DNA from: a virus
Lineage: Duplodnaviria > Caudoviricetes
Reading direction: 5' to 3' (one strand)
Length of the DNA stretch: 29,926 nucleotides
Virus record (IMG/VR): IMGVR_UViG_3300026735_000004
Span: 1 to 29,926 of that record
The notes under the pieces are model-generated. The model made no database searches. It was not told where the DNA came from and saw nothing but the letters and a program-made list of their open reading frames with translations. Both the position numbers and the translations under genes were made by a program. Positions 10,041 to 19,939 of this stretch are shown here, in pieces. Each line of letters begins with the position of its first letter. Position 1 is the stretch's first letter.

Positions 10041-10553
10041 ATGATTTTAAAACATGCAATTAGATACTTAGAACTAACTGGTTCAGACTTTATTACAGAT
10101 TTAAAAGACTTTGCAGACCTACAAAATTCTTTTGTCGCTGGATATATTCCTGATGACTTTACAGAGCAAATGGAGAGCTTTACAGACAAGTTATTGATAC
10201 TTTGGGTAGATTGTAACGGAGGAATGCAAAACGCCTTAGATGATAAAACAGAGCTTCCTACAACTAACGAGTTAATCAATATCTTCTGTAAAACTGTTTT
10301 TATTAAAGAAAAAGAGGAAACGGAAGACGATACAGTCTTCTTTTCTTCTAGTTCATTGATTAAGAAAAAGAAAGATACTGTAAGGGAAAATAAAACTTTA
10401 GAACTTTTGACTGTTTTGGGCAATAATGAAATTGATATAACACAGTTCATGGAAATGGAACTAGAACTTGTTTATAAAATAATCGAACTTATTGCAGAGA
10501 AAAAGAAAGAGGAAAAAGAAAAAGAGAAAAGGCGTAAAAGAAAGGGTATGTAA
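10041..10553 (+). CDS. Tail assembly chaperone
   Basis: 170 aa, RBS AAGGA, immediately upstream of tape measure. Confidence 0.7.
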   Translation: MILKHAIRYLELTGSDFITDLKDFADLQNSFVAGYIPDDFTEQMESFTDKLLILWVDCNGGMQNALDDKTELPTTNELINIFCKTVFIKEKEETEDDTVFFSSSSLIKKKKDTVRENKTLELLTVLGNNEIDITQFMEMELELVYKIIELIAEKKKEEKEKEKRRKRKGM

Positions 10554-13543
10554 TGGCAAGTAATGCAACATTTGAGGTCGAGATATACGGTAATACAACG
10601 AAATTCGAGAACTCACTTAAAGGCGTTAATACCGCAATGTCAGGGCTTAGAGGAGAAGCTAAAAACTTACGTGAAGCTCTAAAACTTGACCCCACAAATA
10701 CCGGGAAAATGGCGCAATTGCAGAAGAACTTACAAACGCAGTTGGGCTTATCACGTGACAAAGCAACAAAATTAAAAGAAGAACTTTCTACGGTTGACAA
10801 AGGGACGTCAGCAGGTCAAAAGAAATGGCTACAACTTACTAGAGATTTAGGTACAGTAGAAACACAAGCTAATAGGCTAGAGGGCGAAATTAAGCAAGTC
10901 GAGGGTGCTATTAGTTCAGGCTCTTGGAACATTGACGCTAAAATGGATACTAAAGGCGTTAATAGCGGAATTGAGGGCATGAAGTCACGCTTTAGCGGTC
11001 TTAGAGAGATTGCTGTTGGTGCATTCAGACAAATCGGTGCAAGTGCTGTTAGTGCTGTCGGTAATGGCTTAAAAGACTGGGTATCTAACGCAATGGCTAC
11101 TCAAAAAGCCATGATTTCATTGCAAAATACAATGAAGTTCAAAGGCAATGCAAAAGACTTTGACTATGTAAGCAAATCTATGCAGAATCTTGCTAAAGAT
11201 ACAAATGCAAATACCGAAGATACTTTAAAACTTTCAACAACGTTCATTGGTTTAGGCGATAGCGCTAAAAAAGCGGTCAGTAAAACAGAAGCATTAGTAA
11301 AAGCTAACCAAGCATTTGGTGGTACTGGCGAAAACCTTAAAGGTGTAGTTCAGTCTTACGGTCAAATGTCGGCAGCTGGTAAAGTTACGGCTGAAAATAT
11401 TGGACAATTAACCGATAACAACACAGCTCTTGGTTCTTCTTTAAAAGACACTGTTATGAAAATGAACCCCTCATTACAGCAATACGGTTCTTTTAATGAC
11501 GCTGTTTCAAAAGGCGCTGTTTCGATGGATATGCTCAACAAGGCTATGGAAAAAATGGCTAAAGGTTCGGGCGGTGGAATCAAAACTATTGGGGACGCGT
11601 GGGACAGCTTCAACGAAACAATGTCAATTGCTTTAGTGCCTACTTTGAACGCTTTAACACCTATCATTAGTGGCTTAATAGACCAGATGTCTGACTGGGG
11701 CGAAAGTGCTGGTAAAGCTGTAACAAATGTAGTTAAGTATTTCCAAGACTTGTTTCAAAAACTGCAAGAAAATGCAGCCACTTTAGCATTTTTAGAGGCT
11801 TGGGATAGCATAAAAAGTGCATTTGGTTCCATAGTTTCTATTATAGGGAATGTCATAAATTCATTTATTGGAATAAATACAGAAACAACAAAAAACGCAA
11901 CAAGTATAGATAACGTAGCAAAAAGCATAGCTGTATTTGCTGGTAAATTTTCAGAAGTCACGAAAAAAATAGCTGATTTTCTGCAAAAAATTAGTGAAAG
12001 TAAAAGCGCAATAGATACTTTAAAAGTAGCTTTAGCTGCTTTGGCTAGTGTATTCGTTGCTTTGAAAGTTATTGATGGAATCATTAAGGCTGTCGAGATA
12101 TATAATAAGGTTGTTGAAGCTGGTACAATTATACAAGGAGCTTTCAATGCTGTAATGGCTATGAATCCATTCGTGGCTCTTGGCATAGCAATCGCAGCCA
12201 TTGTTGCTGGTTTAGTTTACTTCTTCACTCAAACCGAAACAGGTAAAAAGGTTTGGGGTAGTTTCGTAGACTTCTTAAAGAGTGCATGGGACGGAATAGT
12301 TTCATTCTTTAGCGGTATTGGTCAATGGTTTGCTGATATATGGAACGGAGCAGTTGACGGAGCTAAAGGCACTTGGCAAGGCTTAGTCGATTGGTTCAGT
12401 GGAATTGTACAAGGTGTTCAAAATATTTGGAACGGAATAACAACATTCTTTACTACTTTATGGACAACTGTTGTTACTGGTATTCAAACAGCATGGGCAG
12501 GAGTTACAGGGTTCTTCACAGGGCTATGGGACGGAATAGTAAATGTTGTTACAACTGTATTTACAACCATTGCTTCTTTAGTGACAGGTGCTTATAACTG
12601 GTTTGTTACAACTTTCCAACCTTTAATTAGTTTCTTTCAATCTATATTTGGGTTAGTTGGATCAGTAATTAATTTAGCATTCCAACTTATATTGGCTATT
12701 ATTCGCGGTGCTTACCAATTAGTTATCGGAGCGTGGAACGGCATATCAGGTTTCTTTGGTGTAATATTTAACGCAGTTAGTTCAATAGTTTCAACAGTAT
12801 TTAGCGCCATAGGTAGCTTTGCTGGTTCAGCTTGGGATGTACTGGTTGGCGTATGGAATGCAGTATCAGGCTTCTTTGGCGGTATATTTAACGCTGTAAA
12901 ATCAGTAGTTTCAACAGTATTTAGTGCAATCGGAAGTTTTGCTTCTAGCGCTTGGGGAGTAGTTTCATCAATATGGAATGCAGTATCAGGCTTCTTTAGT
13001 GGCATATTTAATGCAGTCAGTGATGTTGTTAGTGGAGTGTTCAGCGCTCTTGGTGGCTTTGCTTCAAAAGCTTGGGGAACAATAACAGATGTATTCAACG
13101 GAGTAGCTGATTTCTTTAAGGGAGCGTTTGACGGTGTTAAAAAAATAGTTAGCGGAGTATTCGACGCTTTTGGAAAATTTGCTTCTAATGCTTGGGACGC
13201 AATAACAGGAGTGTTTAACGGTATTGGTGACTTCTTTAGTGATATATTCGGAGGAGTCAAAAAAACGATAGACAGCGTTCTGGGCGGTGTAACAGATACA
13301 ATTAAAAATATCAAAGGTTCAATTGATTGGGTTGCAAGTAAAGTTGGCGGACTATTCAAAGGTTCTATGGTAGTAGGCTTAACAGATGTCAATTTATCTT
13401 CTAGCGGTTACGGTTTAAGCACTAACAGTGTATCAAGCGACAATAGAACATATAACACATTTAACGTGCAAGGCGGTGCTGGTCAAGATGTTTCTAACTT
13501 AGCGCGTGCAATCAGACGAGAATTTGAACTAGGGAGGGCTTAA
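10553..13543 (+). CDS. Tail tape measure protein
   Basis: 996 aa, Ala/Gly/Ser rich, periodic W/F repeats in the C-terminal half. Confidence 0.97.
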   Translation: MASNATFEVEIYGNTTKFENSLKGVNTAMSGLRGEAKNLREALKLDPTNTGKMAQLQKNLQTQLGLSRDKATKLKEELSTVDKGTSAGQKKWLQLTRDLGTVETQANRLEGEIKQVEGAISSGSWNIDAKMDTKGVNSGIEGMKSRFSGLREIAVGAFRQIGASAVSAVGNGLKDWVSNAMATQKAMISLQNTMKFKGNAKDFDYVSKSMQNLAKDTNANTEDTLKLSTTFIGLGDSAKKAVSKTEALVKANQAFGGTGENLKGVVQSYGQMSAAGKVTAENIGQLTDNNTALGSSLKDTVMKMNPSLQQYGSFNDAVSKGAVSMDMLNKAMEKMAKGSGGGIKTIGDAWDSFNETMSIALVPTLNALTPIISGLIDQMSDWGESAGKAVTNVVKYFQDLFQKLQENAATLAFLEAWDSIKSAFGSIVSIIGNVINSFIGINTETTKNATSIDNVAKSIAVFAGKFSEVTKKIADFLQKISESKSAIDTLKVALAALASVFVALKVIDGIIKAVEIYNKVVEAGTIIQGAFNAVMAMNPFVALGIAIAAIVAGLVYFFTQTETGKKVWGSFVDFLKSAWDGIVSFFSGIGQWFADIWNGAVDGAKGTWQGLVDWFSGIVQGVQNIWNGITTFFTTLWTTVVTGIQTAWAGVTGFFTGLWDGIVNVVTTVFTTIASLVTGAYNWFVTTFQPLISFFQSIFGLVGSVINLAFQLILAIIRGAYQLVIGAWNGISGFFGVIFNAVSSIVSTVFSAIGSFAGSAWDVLVGVWNAVSGFFGGIFNAVKSVVSTVFSAIGSFASSAWGVVSSIWNAVSGFFSGIFNAVSDVVSGVFSALGGFASKAWGTITDVFNGVADFFKGAFDGVKKIVSGVFDAFGKFASNAWDAITGVFNGIGDFFSDIFGGVKKTIDSVLGGVTDTIKNIKGSIDWVASKVGGLFKGSMVVGLTDVNLSSSGYGLSTNSVSSDNRTYNTFNVQGGAGQDVSNLARAIRREFELGRA

Positions 13544-14439
13544 TGGTAAGACAGTATAAAATACATACTAACTTAGACGGAACAGACGACAAAGTTTGGG
13601 ACGTTACAAATGGAAAAGTTAGATTTTACCAGCCCTCTAATTTAGGGTTACAATCAACTAATAACATCTGGCAAAGTAATGGTATTGGAATAATGGGAAA
13701 ACGCTCAATTACTCAACCACAAATAGAGTTTAAGCTAGAAACGTTTGGAGAAAGTTTAGAAGAAAATTATCAATTAATGAAAGACTTCGTAAACGATATT
13801 CTTAGCAAAAAATTCGTTACACTTGAATATCAAACAGAAATTTTTCAGGTGTATGCTGATTTAGCTTTAGCAGATGTCACAAAGACAGAGGGTTACGGTA
13901 AGAACGGAACTTTCAGCGAAAAGATAACTTTCGATGTAGTTACAAAGTGGTATACTTACGAAAATTTAACTTTTGACATGATTGAAAATGGTAAAGTTCT
14001 TTCTGGTAAGTCTAAAATTTATGGAGGAACCGCACCAGGAGACTATAAGTATATCGAAGGAACTTCTTACACTTATTATGGGGAAAGTGACATAGGCCGT
14101 TTAAGCCGTTGGGAAATAAAAGAAAAAATATTTAGTTTTATGGGGATATTATATCCGAAACTTCCTAAAACACCTGCTGGAGTTAGATTTTTAGACGATG
14201 TTGGAAACGAATATACTGCAATTGTGTTTAAGACGGAACAGGTACAAGATTATATTTTAATTAATACAGATGTAAATGACGAATTTTATCAAGGCTGGAA
14301 GGGTACAACTGTACTAAACTTATTCCCTGTAATGAACTTTGAGCGATACAGAACTCGTATAATTGAAAAAGGTCAAATGGAGCTAATTAATTTAAGTAAG
14401 GCAGAGCTTAAAATCAAGAGAAAGGCGGACTTTATTTAA
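13543..14439 (+). CDS. dit: Distal tail protein (classical-length Dit)
   Basis: 298 aa following tape measure; no large insertion. Confidence 0.88.
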   Translation: MVRQYKIHTNLDGTDDKVWDVTNGKVRFYQPSNLGLQSTNNIWQSNGIGIMGKRSITQPQIEFKLETFGESLEENYQLMKDFVNDILSKKFVTLEYQTEIFQVYADLALADVTKTEGYGKNGTFSEKITFDVVTKWYTYENLTFDMIENGKVLSGKSKIYGGTAPGDYKYIEGTSYTYYGESDIGRLSRWEIKEKIFSFMGILYPKLPKTPAGVRFLDDVGNEYTAIVFKTEQVQDYILINTDVNDEFYQGWKGTTVLNLFPVMNFERYRTRIIEKGQMELINLSKAELKIKRKADFI

Positions 14440-15566
14440 TGTTAGAAGCTAACGTTTATGATAACTTTAACCCTAACTATTACAATATATCTGATTTCAG
14501 AATGCCTAATGGTAAAAAAGAAAAAAGAGGCCTTCCAATACCAAAGGCAAGATGTCAAGTTATTGATTACGAACTGTGGGAAACAGGCTATCTTTACACT
14601 TCATCAGCTACATTGACCGTTTCGGTAGAAGTTGGCGATATTGTTCAAGTACTTTTTCCTGAAGTTGTTCCAATTGAAGAAGCTCTAGGTAAGAGGAAAA
14701 AACTGAATTTAGATATGGTTTACCTTGTGACCGATGTAGACGAAAGTAATAAAGCTACGTTAAAAAACTACTTTTGGGCAATGATTGAAAGTCTTGACGT
14801 TCCAAACGCAATAGCCAAAAAGACAAACTCTGGTATAATTAATTATTTAATTGACCCTAATAAAAATAATTTAATGAGTTATGGTTATTTCTTTGATTCA
14901 AGTATCTTTGCTGGAAAGGCTACGATTAATCGTAAAGCGGAAACTTCATCAGCTCATGATGTAGCAAAAAGGATATTTTCCAAGGTTCAATTTCAACCAA
15001 CTACAACCATTCAACACGCTCCATCTGAAACAGACCCTAGAAACTTGTTATTCATTAACTTTGCTTCAAGAAACTGGAATAGAAAAAGAATCACGACAAG
15101 GGTAGATATTAAGCAAAGTGTGACAATGGACACGGAAACAATAGTAGAACGTTCAGCTTATAATTTTGCTGTTGTGTTCGTTAAAAATAAAGCAACAGAT
15201 GACTACACAGACCCTCCTAAAATGTACACAGCAAAAAATAACGGAGATGTCATTGATTATAGCACTTATCATGGAGACGGAACAGACTTGCCAGATGTAA
15301 GGACAACCAAAACATTGTTTTATGATAGAGATGACCACGGAAACCCTCCTGAGTTGTCTACTATTAAGGTTGAAATTTCTCCCTCTACAATCGTCACAAG
15401 GTTATTCTTTAATCAAAATGAACTTTTTCCTTTGTATGTTAATGACTTAGTAGATATTTGGTACGAGGGCAAGCTATATTCAGGATATATAGCAGATAGA
15501 GTTAAAACAGAGTTCAATGATAGACTTATTTTTGTAGGAAGTGGAGACAAACCGAATGTTATATGA
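14439..15566 (+). CDS. tal: Baseplate hub protein (Tal-like, p2 ORF16-type)
   Basis: 375 aa following Dit; gene order. Confidence 0.85.
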   Translation: MLEANVYDNFNPNYYNISDFRMPNGKKEKRGLPIPKARCQVIDYELWETGYLYTSSATLTVSVEVGDIVQVLFPEVVPIEEALGKRKKLNLDMVYLVTDVDESNKATLKNYFWAMIESLDVPNAIAKKTNSGIINYLIDPNKNNLMSYGYFFDSSIFAGKATINRKAETSSAHDVAKRIFSKVQFQPTTTIQHAPSETDPRNLLFINFASRNWNRKRITTRVDIKQSVTMDTETIVERSAYNFAVVFVKNKATDDYTDPPKMYTAKNNGDVIDYSTYHGDGTDLPDVRTTKTLFYDRDDHGNPPELSTIKVEISPSTIVTRLFFNQNELFPLYVNDLVDIWYEGKLYSGYIADRVKTEFNDRLIFVGSGDKPNVI

Positions 15567-15849
15567 GTATGTAGCTACTTATGGCGACAAATATAGAATA
15601 GATAGCTTTAAAGGGCATAGAGAGCTTCGTAAAGACCACTTAGAACTATTGCAAGGTAAAGTGTACTATAATAGTAAAAACACGCTTAGAATCGAGACCA
15701 TGCTCTTGTATGAAGTCGGACAATTTGTATCAATTGGTGGTTATCCTTATGGCGGTAGAAAATTTAGATTGTTAGAGCTATCAATTACTGATAACCCAGT
15801 TTTAGATAAAGCGGAAATAATTTCAAGAAAGGTTAAAAATGACAATTAA
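15556..15849 (+). CDS. Baseplate-region hypothetical protein (p2 ORF17-type)
   Basis: ATG 15556 with GGAG RBS; between tal and rbp. Confidence 0.7.
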   Translation: MLYEYVATYGDKYRIDSFKGHRELRKDHLELLQGKVYYNSKNTLRIETMLLYEVGQFVSIGGYPYGGRKFRLLELSITDNPVLDKAEIISRKVKNDN

Positions 15850-16798
15850 AAACTTCACGTTTTTCAGTCCAAATGGTACAGAGTTTCCAGTCGGTTCTAA
15901 TAATGACGGAAAACTATACATGATGTTGACTGGAATGGGCTATAGAACAATTAGGCGCAAAGATTGGAAAAGTCCATTAAATACAGCCCTTAACGTGCAA
16001 TATGTTAACACATCAATCGTTGCAGGCGGGAGGTATTTTGAACTATTGAATGAAACTGTTGCCTTAAAAGGTAATGCAGTTAATTATATCCATGCAAATA
16101 TTGACTTAACGCAAACAGCAAACCCTGTAAGTTTATCAGCAGAAACATCAAATAATAGTAACGGTGTTGATATAAACAACGGTTCTGGCGTTTTGAAAGT
16201 TTGTTTTGATGTTGTTACGACTTCAGGAACTGGTGTAACAAGCATTAAGCCAATTCTTCAGACTAGTACTTTAGATAGTATTTCTGCAAATGATATGTCA
16301 CTTAAAGGTTCAATCAGTGCAAACGATATGTCACTTAAAGGTTCAATCAGTGCAAACGATATGTCACTTAAAGATTCAATCAATGCAAATAATTTATCAC
16401 TTAAAGGTTCAATCAACGCAAATAATTTATCGCTTAGAGGTTCAATCTCTGCACATGATATATCACTTAGAGGTTCAATCGATGTACCAACTGAAATGTC
16501 GACAATTAAAACTGGAAATGGTATGCAGTTGCAATTCACTAAAAAGAACGATGATTTAGTAATTGTTAGACTCTTTGGTAGTGTATCAACTACAAAAGCT
16601 GGCATTAAAATGTCTGGACCATGGGTAGATAAAGAATTTCGTCCAGCTGTTGTTCAAAGTATTGTTGGTCATTTTGCTGGACATGAGACTTCTTTCCATA
16701 TTGACATAGACACAAACGGTAGTATTACTTGGTGGGGACCAGATATTGGTAAAACACCTATTGCAACACGTGGTAACGGAAGTTACTTCATTAAATAA
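15839..16798 (+). CDS. rbp: Receptor-binding protein with extended neck
   Basis: [23 protein letters not shown] shoulder; head domain ending RGNGSYFIK; last structural gene before holin. Confidence 0.95.
   Translation: MTIKNFTFFSPNGTEFPVGSNNDGKLYMMLTGMGYRTIRRKDWKSPLNTALNVQYVNTSIVAGGRYFELLNETVALKGNAVNYIHANIDLTQTANPVSLSAETSNNSNGVDINNGSGVLKVCFDVVTTSGTGVTSIKPILQTSTLDSISANDMSLKGSISANDMSLKGSISANDMSLKDSINANNLSLKGSINANNLSLRGSISAHDISLRGSIDVPTEMSTIKTGNGMQLQFTKKNDDLVIVRLFGSVSTTKAGIKMSGPWVDKEFRPAVVQSIVGHFAGHETSFHIDIDTNGSITWWGPDIGKTPIATRGNGSYFIK
16280..16477 (+). repeat. 6 x 33-bp tandem repeat ([11 protein letters not shown]) in RBP neck
   Basis: Units begin at 16280, 16313, 16346, 16379, 16412, 16445. 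Confidence 0.95.
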
Positions 16799-16819
16799 CA
16801 AAATAGAAAGCGAAACAAA

Positions 16820-17173
16820 ATGGTAACTAGAATGATTTTAATAACTATCTTAATTTTAGCGATTCTTTTCGCTACATGGGTAAAAGATAGAGAAGCAATG
16901 AACCCACCTTTCAAACGTAGACTTGTGATTGACTTAACGGTTATTTTATCCCTGTGGGTTTTATATGCGGTCTTCTTCTTTACACAAACTCCCTCAACTT
17001 CTGATATTGCCAAAACTGTGATTGACGTAGGTTTATTGTACTTTGTAGGGCAATTTATTTATTTGGTCGCAAAAATCAGTCCTATGTTCGACGGTTTGGT
17101 TAAACTTATGAAAAAGAACGGTGTAAGTGTTCCAGAAGTAGAAGAAGAACAAACGGAGGATAAAAAAGAATGA
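16820..17173 (+). CDS. Holin
   Basis: 117 aa, three hydrophobic segments, charged C-terminus, overlaps lysin start. Confidence 0.88.
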   Translation: MVTRMILITILILAILFATWVKDREAMNPPFKRRLVIDLTVILSLWVLYAVFFFTQTPSTSDIAKTVIDVGLLYFVGQFIYLVAKISPMFDGLVKLMKKNGVSVPEVEEEQTEDKKE

Positions 17174-17931
17174 ATATAACTAATGCTGGTGTACGTGGTT
17201 ATAACCCTACTGGGGTTGTAATTCACAATGACGCTGGTTCGAATGGTGCTAACGCTGGCTTCTACAACAACTGGTTACCTAATCATAACCCTGAAAATGG
17301 CTTTGCTCATGTCTACATTGCTTCTGACGGAAGATTACAAGCTTCTGATTTCTCTAATATGGCATGGCATTGTGCCAACTCGTACGGTAATGCTAACTAT
17401 GCAAGCTGGGAAGTATGCCAATCAGAGGGCGATTTAAACCAGTTCTTGAGAAATGAGCAAGCGGTACTAGATGACGTGGCTAAGTACATGAAACAATGGG
17501 GGTTAACTCCTAATCGTGATACTGTTAAACTACATCAAGAACTTTCAGCAACTTCATGCCCTAGACGTTCAGTAGAAGTACACGGAGGCACGTTAGAGAG
17601 TTGTCGCTCATACTTTATCACAGAACTAAACAAGCGCCTTACAGGACAAACTAGTGGCACAGTCGCAGTAAACAATACACAAACAAATACAGAATTAGAG
17701 GACGACGATTTAATGAAATTTACATATACAAATGGCGATAAAACAACTTACTACTTTAATGGCGAAAAAGTTATCGCTCTATCACACCCAGACCAATTGG
17801 CAATTGTTCGTAAAACTTATAAAGAAACAACTGGCAAAGACCTTAAAAACTTCGATTGGAAAGGTTCGCCTATTGATATTCGTTTCATGCAAGCTAACGG
17901 AATCGACAAACCAATCATTGCTAAAAAATAA
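17170..17931 (+). CDS. Endolysin, N-acetylmuramoyl-L-alanine amidase
   Basis: VVIHND, AHVY, AWHC, WEVCQ, LHQE...TSCP zinc-amidase motifs. Confidence 0.93.
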   Translation: MNITNAGVRGYNPTGVVIHNDAGSNGANAGFYNNWLPNHNPENGFAHVYIASDGRLQASDFSNMAWHCANSYGNANYASWEVCQSEGDLNQFLRNEQAVLDDVAKYMKQWGLTPNRDTVKLHQELSATSCPRRSVEVHGGTLESCRSYFITELNKRLTGQTSGTVAVNNTQTNTELEDDDLMKFTYTNGDKTTYYFNGEKVIALSHPDQLAIVRKTYKETTGKDLKNFDWKGSPIDIRFMQANGIDKPIIAKK

Positions 17932-17935
17932 TACG

Positions 17936-17969
17936 AAAAAAGCCCTCACTTAATTGTGGGGCTTTCTTT
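17936..17969. terminator. Bidirectional intrinsic terminator between late and early regions
   Basis: A6-GCCCTCAC-TTAATT-GTGGGGC-TTTCTTT hairpin between convergent genes. Confidence 0.85.
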
Positions 17970-17977
17970 GTTCGGTA

Positions 17978-18127
17978 TCACTTCATCTTTTTCACTAACA
18001 TGTTGACTTCCTCTATTATTAGATCGTTAAGTTTCCTCATTGTGTTCTCTTGCGATTCTGTCAACTTAGGCTTGTTTTTCAGCTTCAACTCTTCGTTGAT
18101 TTTCTTCACTAATTCGTTGTTCTTCAA
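17978..18127 (-). CDS. Small hypothetical protein (49 aa, MKNNELVKKINEEL...)
   Basis: TTG start 7 nt after AAGGAG; below ORF-track size cutoff; translated by hand. Confidence 0.7.
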   Translation of the reverse strand: MKNNELVKKINEELKLKNKPKLTESQENTMRKLNDLIIEEVNMLVKKMK

Positions 18128-18138
18128 GTGATTTCTCC

Positions 18139-18405
18139 TTAGCTTACCTGATTGATAGCTTCAATAATATTATTGCCGGCATTTATTAGAATTTCATCAC
18201 TTACAATTACATTCTTTCTTGAAAATAGTTCGTTCTCAATCTTCATAAAGTGCATTGCTTTAGCTAAAAATTGAGCAGATGATTCATAATATAATGTTTC
18301 TAGCTCATCATCTGAAAGCTGTGTTAAATCATCATTAGCAAAAGTTGTAAGTTTTCGCTTAATCTCTTTGCCATTGTCGTCTTCCTCTACGTAAAAACGT
18401 TTCAT
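18139..18405 (-). CDS. Hypothetical early protein
   Basis: 88 aa, RBS GAGG, coupled to upstream ORF by ATGA. Confidence 0.75.
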   Translation of the reverse strand: MKRFYVEEDDNGKEIKRKLTTFANDDLTQLSDDELETLYYESSAQFLAKAMHFMKIENELFSRKNVIVSDEILINAGNNIIEAINQVS

Positions 18406-18581
18406 CTATTCATACCTCTAATTTCAAATTTTTCAATAATATACCTTTTAGAGCCAAGCTCAAGGCTCACTAGATAATTATTAAAAGGGTCATTCTTGTT
18501 CAAGTCATTAGCGATCTTTCTAGCTGTTGACCGTGGATATTTTGAACTATTAATCTTCCTTGTGTACTTGTGTAATATTAT
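18402..18581 (-). CDS. Hypothetical early protein with probable ATA start (59 aa, MILHKYTRKINSSKY...)
   Basis: Frame fills the gap exactly, GGAGG 7 nt upstream, overlaps both neighbours. Confidence 0.6.
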   Translation of the reverse strand: MILHKYTRKINSSKYPRSTARKIANDLNKNDPFNNYLVSLELGSKRYIIEKFEIRGMNR

Positions 18582-18925
18582 CTCATTGCCTCCCTTTGCA
18601 TTTTACGCTTCAATCGTTGCTTATATAGATATTCTTTGCTTGGTTCTAAACTAGACAATATCTCATCTAGTAAGTCAAACGCTTCTCCGTTATCTCCTAC
18701 GCTATCAATTTTTTTAAGTGTAAGCTCGTGCATTTCATCATCATTTAAAAACATAGTAAGATAAGGGAATGCTACGGTATTTGGCAAGCTCAAGCGTGAT
18801 TTAGTTATTCTTAGGTTAGGATATTTACCTGTTTCAGATTTAACTTTTAACTCAAATTGATTCATTGCGATACCTTGTTCCTCTAGTACGCTAGTAATTC
18901 TTTCATATAATTCTTCATTTGTCAT
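18578..18925 (-). CDS. Hypothetical early protein
   Basis: 115 aa in tightly packed operon. Confidence 0.78.
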   Translation of the reverse strand: MTNEELYERITSVLEEQGIAMNQFELKVKSETGKYPNLRITKSRLSLPNTVAFPYLTMFLNDDEMHELTLKKIDSVGDNGEAFDLLDEILSSLEPSKEYLYKQRLKRKMQREAMR

Positions 18926-18926
18926 T

Positions 18927-19121
18927 TTATTTATCTACTTTCTTAACCATTAGTTGCTCATAACCTGAACTTGTTCCGTTCCATAACCTTGTTTGAATAT
19001 CTCCCACACGTTCAAAACCTTTATTTTCTAAAGCACTAATTTGTTTACCTAAACCTTTCAAACTAAAAGCTACAGCTCTCTTATATTTATCTTTAGGCTT
19101 CTTGTTAAATAATTTAATCAT
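18927..19121 (-). CDS. Hypothetical early protein
   Basis: 64 aa, RBS AAGGAG, directly downstream of a consensus promoter. Confidence 0.72.
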   Translation of the reverse strand: MIKLFNKKPKDKYKRAVAFSLKGLGKQISALENKGFERVGDIQTRLWNGTSSGYEQLMVKKVDK

Positions 19122-19151
19122 CTTAATTCTCCTTAATTTTTTATATATACT

Positions 19152-19180
19152 ATTATATTAAACTTCTTTTAAATTGTCAA
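19152..19180 (-). promoter_or_regulatory. Early promoter
   Basis: TTGACA-17-TATAAT on minus strand. Confidence 0.88.
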
Positions 19181-19368
19181 GCGATAACTTCAGTAATTTC
19201 AGTTATTTTTTTAACTAAACAATTAGAAGCTATATCAGATTTTTCTACAAAATACTTAAAATCAAACGCTTCTCTCTTTGTATAATATTTTTTATTTTTA
19301 ACGTTGTAAAAACCTGTTATATCTTTTTCTAACCATTCTACTTTATAATATGTAAATTCATTATTCAT
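19177..19368 (-). CDS. Hypothetical early protein
   Basis: 63 aa, TAATG coupling with upstream ORF. Confidence 0.68.
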   Translation of the reverse strand: MNNEFTYYKVEWLEKDITGFYNVKNKKYYTKREAFDFKYFVEKSDIASNCLVKKITEITEVIA

Positions 19369-19544
19369 TATCCAATTACTCCTGTCTTAATATTTAGTCT
19401 TTGCTGACTTGATAAGTGATATGAATTGCACCACTTGCAGTAATAAGCTCTTACTGGTATCTTATCACCTTTCTTTTTATTATGCTGTGCATTTGCTATT
19501 GAATATAAAGCACCCATTTTTGTGTATTTGCGTTTCTTACACAT
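19368..19544 (-). CDS. Small basic zinc-finger-like protein (58 aa, MCKKRKY...YYCKWCNSYHL)
   Basis: Translated by hand; C...CxxC-x3-H pattern; RBS AAGGAG. Confidence 0.75.
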   Translation of the reverse strand: MCKKRKYTKMGALYSIANAQHNKKKGDKIPVRAYYCKWCNSYHLSSQQRLNIKTGVIG

Positions 19545-19791
19545 AATCTAACCACTCCTTAATCGTAAATAATTCAAAGCCATTTAGTTTGCTTTGTTTT
19601 TCAATTTCTACTTGATTTCTATCTAGGTCTATCAGCAGTTCAATTACAGGTCTACCATTATCAAGCCACCTGATGACTGTATTAGTTTTAAGACCAAAAT
19701 ACTTAGCACATTGAGCCTTACTGCTGAAGTGTAGTTCTTCTTCCGTTGTAGGGTTATAAGCTACGACCTTTATAGCTTTTTGTGTTGCCAT
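19537..19791 (-). CDS. NUMOD1-like HTH DNA-binding protein
   Basis: VVAYN...FSSKAQCAKYFGLKTNTVIRWL pattern. Confidence 0.65.
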   Translation of the reverse strand: MATQKAIKVVAYNPTTEEELHFSSKAQCAKYFGLKTNTVIRWLDNGRPVIELLIDLDRNQVEIEKQSKLNGFELFTIKEWLDYV

Positions 19792-19816
19792 TGTTTAATC
19801 CCCTTTCTATAAAACA

Positions 19817-19845
19817 ATATTATCAAATTACTTTATATTTGTCAA
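19817..19845 (-). promoter_or_regulatory. Early promoter
   Basis: TTGACA-17-TAATAT with extended -10 TG. Confidence 0.75.
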
Positions 19846-19854
19846 GAATTAACT

Positions 19855-19912
19855 TTAGACCTCTTCAATAAATTCCAAGTATCTTTCATCAATTTAACAT
19901 TGTGTTTTCCAT
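19855..19912 (-). pseudogene. Collapsed gene remnant (MENTMLN* plus out-of-frame IDERYLEFIEEV*)
   Basis: Own promoter and AAGGAG RBS, but only 58 nt between start codon and a plausible original stop. Confidence 0.55.
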
Positions 19913-19939
19913 TTGTATCTCCTTAATTTCTATAAGACT

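Noticed and set aside
10005-10045. Lambda G/GT-style frameshift fusing the tail chaperones
   Set aside because: The -1 frame stops at TGA and the +1 frame has TAA immediately before ATG 10041
12700-13260. Long imperfect repeats in the tape measure gene
   Set aside because: Ordinary aromatic periodicity of tape measure proteins
16280-16477. CRISPR array
   Set aside because: Repeats are contiguous, in frame and have no spacers
16290-16559. Alternate-frame repetitive ORF in rbp
   Set aside because: Open only because the 33-bp repeat lacks stops in that frame
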